A DNA stretch of 59,385 nt, from positions 109,450,731 to 109,510,115 of the forward strand of contig NC_068982.1 in NCBI RefSeq assembly GCF_001194135.2, in the 5' to 3' direction. Below are positions 52,165 to 59,385 of this stretch, piece after piece; position 1 is the stretch's first letter, and every line of letters begins with the position of its first letter. Origin of the DNA: Octopus bimaculoides (Eukaryota). The notes under the pieces are model-generated. The model searched no databases. It worked only from the letters and a program-made list of their open reading frames with translations, and was not told the DNA's origin. The position numbers were made by a program, and so were the translations under genes.

Positions 52165-53948
52165 CCTATCTATATGTGTGTGAATGCGTGTTAGTGTGTT
52201 TAAAATATCAAATGCAAACATGGAAGGTAGTGATAGATATTGCCATTTTGGACTTTTAAAGACGGACGTGGCAAAAATGATAAATCTGAGTACTTAAAAA
52301 TCAATGTTTGAGGGACTAGCTAGGTGTAAGAATGGTGAAAGTATGTCGCCATTAAACACCATATACACACAGACAAGCGCACGCACATACACAGACACAC
52401 ACACATGTATGTACGCATATGTGTGTGTACATGTATGTATAACCTCTCTATCTGTATATACTGTAGCTGTGTAGCCACAAAAATACCTTACGTAAAATTA
52501 GAAAAAAATACTTCCAATCGGGCTTATCCATGAAACACCTATATGAGTTGCGAATTCATTGGACCCGTTATTAAATAATTAGATTGCATGTTGGCTCGGC
52601 TGACATTTCGCGATCGCCTTTAGTAACATTTAGAAGGCAAACAAATACACTATTTTATGTTCAAGCAGCTGAAGTATTTTTAGTTTTAGTTCTTCTCTCA
52701 GAATGGTGCTTTTCTTAAATATCTTGTGTGCCTCTATGTGTATAAGCATGCTAATCTGTGTAACTGTTGCAATGAATGTGAATGATAATTTGCATGTTTG
52801 TATTTTTTCCTTTTGTTTTATTTCGTTTTCCATTTTCTTTATTATGTTTATTCTTATTTGAGAGTCCGCGTCAGTGTGTGTTTATGGACATGTGCTCGTG
52901 TACTTCTGCTTGAATAATAAATTTTCTATTTATACGTATTTACTTGTTCTATTTCTGTTTGTTAGCTTCTAGGATTTTGGGTCTATTTTTTTTTTTCGCA
53001 TATGTTTGCGTATGCCTCTGTGTTTAAGTGTGCTTTTCTATTTTATGCATTTTGTCGGTAAGATTTTTGGCAAGTGGACAGAGCCATCGTGGGGAATATG
53101 TAATGAAATATATTATGTTCTTTGTATGACAGCACAGTACAGAATAGTTCTCAAGAGATGAATCAATTCTTCTATACTTCTTGAAATGTATTGAATAAAT
53201 GAAAATGTTCTGATCAATACATTTCAGTGCATCTTTCCACTTTTAATAAATTAACGATATACGAAATATTTCAGGAAAGATATTTTCAGGAAGATGGTAA
53301 TGTCGAATATTTACATCTGCATTTGCACTTGATATTTTAATGTAAGCCACAACGTGGTAATTTTCCTTTATGCTCAGAAATACTTCATTGTAAAACGATG
53401 ATAACTTACAAGATATATCCTCCATGCTTAACATTTGTATGTTTTGTTGTATTTTTTTAATACTTTGTTACCCAATAAGGAGAAGAAATGGGTTGATTGT
53501 AACAGTATGGCGTGTATGAAATTATATAAATTGGAAGAATGTAACGCAAACATCAAAGTAAGAGAGCAAATTTACAATAGAGAAGAAACTCGCCGAAACA
53601 AACCAACTAGAAAATAATACCGGACACAATTTCTTGGGTTAAATATGAGGGTTTATTAAATCGATACCAGGAGACAGGCTAATACGTTGCAAATAATTTA
53701 AGGCATTTTTTAGGTACCTGCATATTTGGCCATGATTTTATGTCTCCACAATAGTTCGAAGATACATTAAACTGTAAACCCACTACTAATGTATATATTC
53801 AAGTAACTTCTGGAATATAAAAACGTTTGGTGGTCTTCCAAATGCCTTTTGACAACTTGATGAAAATTATTCTTATTACTTAAGCACCTATCGTAAAAAT
53901 CATCATTTTAGTTTCAATATACAGAATGGATGTAAATTATATTTGCAG

Positions 53949-54029
53949 GCAATCTACACATTACACGTGAAAGGACACGACTTGAATATCCAGAAGACGA
54001 TATCAAGAAACGCCTCCAAGTTTGCTCAG
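53949..54029 (+). CDS. Ret: Ret exon F (CLD3/CLD4 junction); 81 nt, phase 0 to 0; absent from the ORF track
   Basis: Acceptor tatatttgcag|GCA and donor CAG|gtaaaa. AIYTLHVKGHDLNIQKTISRNASKFAQ; the end matches human RET SVSRRARRFAQ. Confidence 0.85.
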
Positions 54030-54269
54030 GTAAAATTTAAAATATTAACTTAACGACAATACTTAATACTCTCCTATCGGTATTCTTCATTTAATTGTAC
54101 TAATTTTATCTATCTTTTTCATTATCTGTTTGTCTTTCTATGTATGTATGATGTACGTGTAATACATAATAAACTGCATATCGTATCAATTAATTTTACG
54201 ATATGTATGTACGTATATATGCATGTGTGTACGCATCTATGTTCTCTTTCTCTTTTTAATTTAGAATAC

Positions 54270-55385
54270 ATTTTGACCGGGCACCTGCTTAGGAGCAAGG
54301 TTCTGAAGGAACGTGTCGTATTTTATTCATCATCCTTTAAATCTTAGGTCTTGCAGACTTTTATAGTTTCAGATATCGTGACCATTTGTAGTGTATGAAT
54401 TAAGGATTTGTGTCCTCTCCCTAAGAAACTAATTTCAGCCATACTTTGCTCCAGGCAGTTTGGTGTGTATCCTGTTGCTTCAATTAAGACTATGTATCTA
54501 GCTGAAAGTATACTGGATTTGCAAACACCTTATCAATTGGTGTCCTCCCTCCCTCTCTGTCTTGTATTTTTCTGACCCCATTTGTGTACAGAGGGCATCT
54601 GATTTCTACAACGGATTATATCTCTTCCTGTTGTCCCACACAAAATATCTGGCTGGTTGTGTTTTAACTTGGTATCTGTTTTAACTTTTAGGCGCCACCA
54701 ATATTCTTTTGACCCATCAGTCTCTATATAGTCAACTTTGTTTGTAGGTGTTTTCTTTTTTGTTACCCTGTTCCAGATTTTCTTTCCACTGCATTATGCC
54801 TCATAGGAAGATAATATCTTAAATTGCATGGAGGTAGCCTTTGAAGTGGGTTGTCATAAGCTTTTGACCTGATCAATCCCTTCTACGGTTTGTGTTTTTC
54901 GTGCCAAGATCCATGTACTCTCTCCTCAGTGAACTGGCCCTTGTTCTTTTATTTCGTTCCTCTGATTTCTCTCCTTAGGGAGAGAAATGCATTAGCTCCT
55001 ATTTCATACTTCTCCTCAAGTTCATTAGCTATCCTAATTATGATGTTGATTTCACACGGTCACGAACTCGGGCGAAATAGTCGCTGGTCTCTTTCCTATG
55101 CTGCAGATGTTGTTGTAGTCTCATAGTATGTGCTTCGTATGACATCAATATAGAGTTGGGATCACAGCCACCATCCTTGCATGGGAAGTATAGCCTCTCT
55201 ACATCTCCATTAACGTTGAAATTTTATGCAACATTGAGCAGCTTGCGAGTTCGGACATCTGTCGCATTGAGTTCTTGTAGTGACCAGTACAGAAGGACAA
55301 ACGTAGGCGTGAGGATATGCGCTGCAAAGGTGGGCAGTATGCTTTTGTAAGCTGAGAGGTCTTATGACTATGTATGTTCTCTTAT
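54270..55385 (-). mobile_element. 3' remnant of an R4/Dong-like RLE retrotransposon, copy 2
   Basis: Frameshifted pieces DVRTRKLL, NGDVERLYFPCKDGG, MRHNAV, KEYWW, KHNQPDI (RLE PD motif) and VEIRCPL. Confidence 0.75.
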
Positions 55386-55449
55386 GCTTTTAATTATCTA
55401 AATTCTTCCTCTGAGGAAGGAGCTCTATCGTTGGGATGTAGATAACAAA

Positions 55450-55618
55450 AACAATGTCCCATTTTAACCTTGAGAAAAGTCTTGTGTATTTTTACTGTCC
55501 CACTTACAGATTTTATTTGTAATGTGCGAGTTGGTTGATTTCTTTTTCTAAAAACCCTAGCTTATTCAGAATGTCGTTTATGTATTTACTCACAAAACTA
55601 AGTGCACCAATTCTTATT

Positions 55619-55655
<37 letters not shown>

Positions 55656-56600
55656 TTATTGGATATAGAAACTGGAGGCTTCAATGCAATTTTCACATCA
55701 GCAGGACTACTGACTTCTATAAAGGTACATACTTTTCTTGTCTGTCTCAAACAATATTCGACCTGTTATGTTCACACTTGACAGTTGTTTTGATGGGAAT
55801 GTTCCACTATATTTCTTGTGTTGATGTTTGTGTATATATTCAGTAACAGGGGGATTCTCTATAACTATTCAAGAACAGTCTTTTTTCTGAATGCCATTGT
55901 ATATTGTTTTACCGACAACGTCGAGTGGCATTGAGAGATAATGCCTTGATGACATCTTTGAGCAGCTGATAATCACAAGTGTGATGTCTTCCACAGAAAT
56001 ATAATGTAATCTTTACTTTCGGTTGCACCTTGGAGCTGCAAGGGCTTCACTGTCTCTTTTGCTTATTAGGTAATTAGGTATTTTGTCGCAATCTCCTCTT
56101 CTAGGATTGTAAGAGCGGTCAGGAATTCAAGAAAGGCTTCAAACCATGTCGATATTACTGTCTTCTCGAAGTCATGGGGAAACATGGTCTATTTGTTTTT
56201 GTATGCTGAGCGTTTCACATCCAAGTCTTCTTTCAGTTGTGTTAGTCCGGCTGTTTCGGGGATTGTATAGAGATCATCAGGAAGAGAGTACTTCCTGAGG
56301 ATCACACTGCCGACAAGTGAGATATTGTTCTGTTCATTTTTAAGCCCTTAGTTAATGTATTTATTTTGCTACTGTTGTTTAGCAAATGCTGTCTGAGAGA
56401 CATTTCGACATTCGAAAGCTGTCTGCACTGATCTCAAGTCTCTACCTCCTTCATCTTTTCCTAGGTAGAGCCTGCCGATATCACCATTTCTGTGATTTCT
56501 AGTTGTTCTCAATAACTTGCGGGTTTTAACCTTTATAGAGTGGATTTCCTCTACAAACCAGTCACGTATCCAAAATATATGAATCAGCACTGGTACTGCA
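55450..56600 (-). mobile_element. 3' remnant of an R4/Dong-like RLE retrotransposon, copy 1
   Basis: FAVPVLIHIFWIRDW...KVKTRKLL...GDIGRLYLGKDEGGRDL, then EDITLVIISCSKMS (zinc-knuckle remnant), WNIPIKTT, and GALxFVSK near 55600. Interrupted by (TA)n at 55622. Confidence 0.8.
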
Positions 56601-56665
56601 AAAATGCATTGTGTGATATTGTATGTATGTATGTATGTATGTATGTATGTATGTACGTGTGCACA

Positions 56666-56722
<57 letters not shown>

Positions 56723-56732
56723 NNNNNNNNNN

Positions 56733-56789
<57 letters not shown>

Positions 56790-57819
56790 CGTGTGTGTGT
56801 GTGAAAATATATATAGTTTATAATCATTGACGAAAGAAAATGGAATACACATGTTAAATATTCTTCTCTTTATGAGATTCTGTTTTCGACGTTATTTAAA
56901 CGATGGTTGTAGAATACAATCAAACTGTAATTATATTAGTTGACTGGAATTAAGAGATGAGGTAATGACAAATACCTTTAATACACTTCAATAGTAGTAG
57001 ATATCGATTCTTTCAAATTGAAGCATATCTCTCAAAACTTGAAAGAATGTTACATAATTACATACAGTTACGAATTGATCTTATTCGTAGGAATCGTTCG
57101 TATGGATCGATAGGCATTACAATAATATATATATTGAAACAATTGCATATTCATGTGCCTTAGATTTGCTTTACGTGTTATAAAGAGTGAAGCAGAGTGG
57201 CAGTGAAGCTTTTTATATTATTAGATAATGCTATTTAGAGGGTTATGTCCACACGGTAGATATACGTATTTTACTCACTCTGACTGCCCAATGGTCACTG
57301 GTCTTCTCTAAATAGTCTACATACTAGTAACTGGTTTGGATTTCCCTGTAGGAGAGTATTTCCTGCAAATATGAAAACAATGTCTACACTTTTGGTTATT
57401 GACTTAATGGATAGTTCAATTCCTTTCGAGGTTTCTGAAAAGACTACTATCTGTAATTTACCACCGACTAATAGAAAAACATTTCAGAAAATTATTCAAT
57501 GTTTGTTTTTAATGCTTTAAGATATTCAAAAAATATGTTGGTTCAAGCTGATTAAAAGACATTTTTCAGATTTTCATATAAAACAATTCTTAAGAACAAA
57601 CAGCATGAATTGTATGCAACTATATACAATAATATACATCATACTGCGTCTGAATTCTTGTACCAGTTTTATGAAAGATAGTGGCTTATTTTAATCGTTT
57701 TGTGAGGAGGTAGTGGGTAGGTCCATGCTATTTTCAGGCTTTTCAAGGTAATGTGACTGATTTAAATGATGTGCTCATCTTGAATATTTGCAAGAAAATG
57801 TGAGGGAATCTCAGAAGAT

Positions 57820-59050
57820 TGTGGCTTTGGGAATGAGGCATTGCAGGAAATAAGTTAGTGTAGTAATAAAGAAAGAGGTACAAATGAATGGTGAGGAGAG
57901 GGTAAGGAGTATGTCAGGTATTCTTGAGTGGTATGTACCCAGCTAGTTCTAAAGAGCAGGAGTCCCTGTAGTAGCGATATGATACAAAGTGAGGGCATAG
58001 TATTTTGATCAGTCTGTTACTTTCTTTTGGGTGTTATCTTGGTTGTTCACATATATAAGACATCATCTCAGATATGGGAGAAATATTACATTGTAGGTCT
58101 CGATTGAACTTCACAGGGACTAAAAACTTATGGCATCTAGACTATTTTATGCTCCTGAAGGAAAATTTAAGTCTTTGGGACACACATTTTTTTACGTTGT
58201 AAATGTGAGCTCGTCAGCAGAAATTACCAGCGATGGTGACGTCTACCATTTGTAGCAACTTTCAGGGTGTCAGTTGCCTGCTGGATACAAGATGAAATAG
58301 ACGAGGTACATGAATATTTCCTTCACGTGTGTAGTGATTTTGTTTTTTTTTTGTTAATGACAAACTTGATAGATCCCAACAGGAAGATGTTTTCAAGGTC
58401 TGCGTTTCATGTGATGTGATTATTTTGCACGCAGACAACACCTTTAGCAGAAGGTAAGGTAGAAATGAACGATATTGTCATCTAAATAGGAGTGAACGTT
58501 ATCGGATGTGGTAGAAAGTAGATCATTTATGTACAGAGCAAGGAGCTGGATGGAAATAAGTGAGCATTGTGGCACGCCAGAATTTATAGATAATGATTCA
58601 AAGAAATCTATCAGCGTACGTTTCGATCTGATAAAAAGCTTCCGAACCAAAATACTAAAGACGGAGGAGCAGGAGATTCACGTGGCAACTCTTTCACTGG
58701 TGCCAAGTGAAATGACGTGGTTTTCGCCAAATTTCTGAGGGCCGAGGTTCCACTGTTAGGTGGTATAGGAATGAAGATATGCAGAAGCTCTCAATAATGA
58801 GGTAGTGGAGCTCGATGTGTTTAACGACTGCTTCTATCACTTTTGAAGTGCTGGAAATAACAACAGCAAATCAACAGCCTGATTAAAATCAGTGATGATG
58901 GAGCACATTGTAACCTGGATTTCATAGTATATTGGCGCTAACACTAATCTCACAAATGTATAGAAATCGGCATTGGGTTGAAGGAGCACTTAGCCAAAAT
59001 AGTGGGTCTACCGAAACTATGTCTAAAAATTTGGAGACGATGCTTAAAAA
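57820..59050 (-). mobile_element. Decayed CR1/L2-like LINE ORF2 (RT and 3' end)
   Basis: SINSGVPQCSLISIQLLALYINDLLSTTSDNVHSYLDD matches the RT motifs GVPQGS...FINDL...ADD. Downstream YRYY...CSLELAG. Confidence 0.8.
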
Positions 59051-59214
59051 CTCGAACATAAGTAGACAAAGAAAAGCAGAACGAAATAATTGGTGAAATC
59101 ATAACAAATATTTTGTTTCCAGTGTTATGTTCTTAAGGCCAACACGATGAAGCAGGATGGAGTTTTTGTCTTAGATTTCAAAAGCAAAACTTATTGATGT
59201 GTTTACAAGCAATG

Positions 59215-59325
59215 ATTCTGATGTTCAGCTCACAATTACATGATTCCGAATTCGAACCGACTGTGCAACACCTTGACAAATGTTTTCCACCATTGCCGCG
59301 GATTAACTCTGCAGCTTGTAAGTAA
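59215..59325 (+). mobile_element. Degenerate CORE-type SINE head
   Basis: gattccgaattcgaaccgactgtgcaacaccttgacaaatgttttccaccattgcc. Confidence 0.5.
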
Positions 59326-59327
59326 AA

Positions 59328-59385
<58 letters not shown>

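Noticed and set aside
56245-56285. Minus-strand CTGATGA-16 nt-GAAAC hammerhead-like spacing
   Set aside because: The 16 nt cannot form helix II, and the motif lies within retrotransposon coding remnant.
57350-57520. Candidate next Ret exon after ttccctgtag
   Set aside because: Phase 0, which exon F requires, hits a stop after 16 codons, and there is no CLD4 similarity.

Overview
Eukaryotic, AT-rich, microsatellite-dense draft-assembly DNA with N gaps. The SINE families and repeat landscape point to a coleoid cephalopod, most likely Octopus; this is an inference from recalled repeat families, not a database result. The window lies inside one large plus-strand gene. Six GT-AG exons (1851-2090, 17974-18270, 32491-32750, 34703-34895, 42013-42122, 53949-54029; 1181 nt, about 2% of the window) splice with compatible phases into one stop-free frame of about 393 aa. 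This matches the cadherin-like ectodomain (CLD1 to the start of CLD4) of the Ret receptor tyrosine kinase (LCF, VEEN, LNRE, CTVH, DVDDNPPLF, DRD, SRNASKFAQ). The signal-peptide exon and the cysteine-rich, transmembrane and kinase exons lie outside the window. The ORF track misses two of these exons, and almost all its listed ORFs are microsatellite or N-gap artefacts. The introns hold four decayed mariner transposons (one full-length with both TIRs), R4/Dong-like, CR1/L2-like, RTE-like and Penelope-like retroelement remnants, many tRNA-derived SINEs, two MITE-like elements, a cluster of strong hairpins and a decayed hammerhead-ribozyme-like motif. I found no clearly novel multi-gene system. 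The best leads are the Ret gene structure and the intronic RNA-structure elements.
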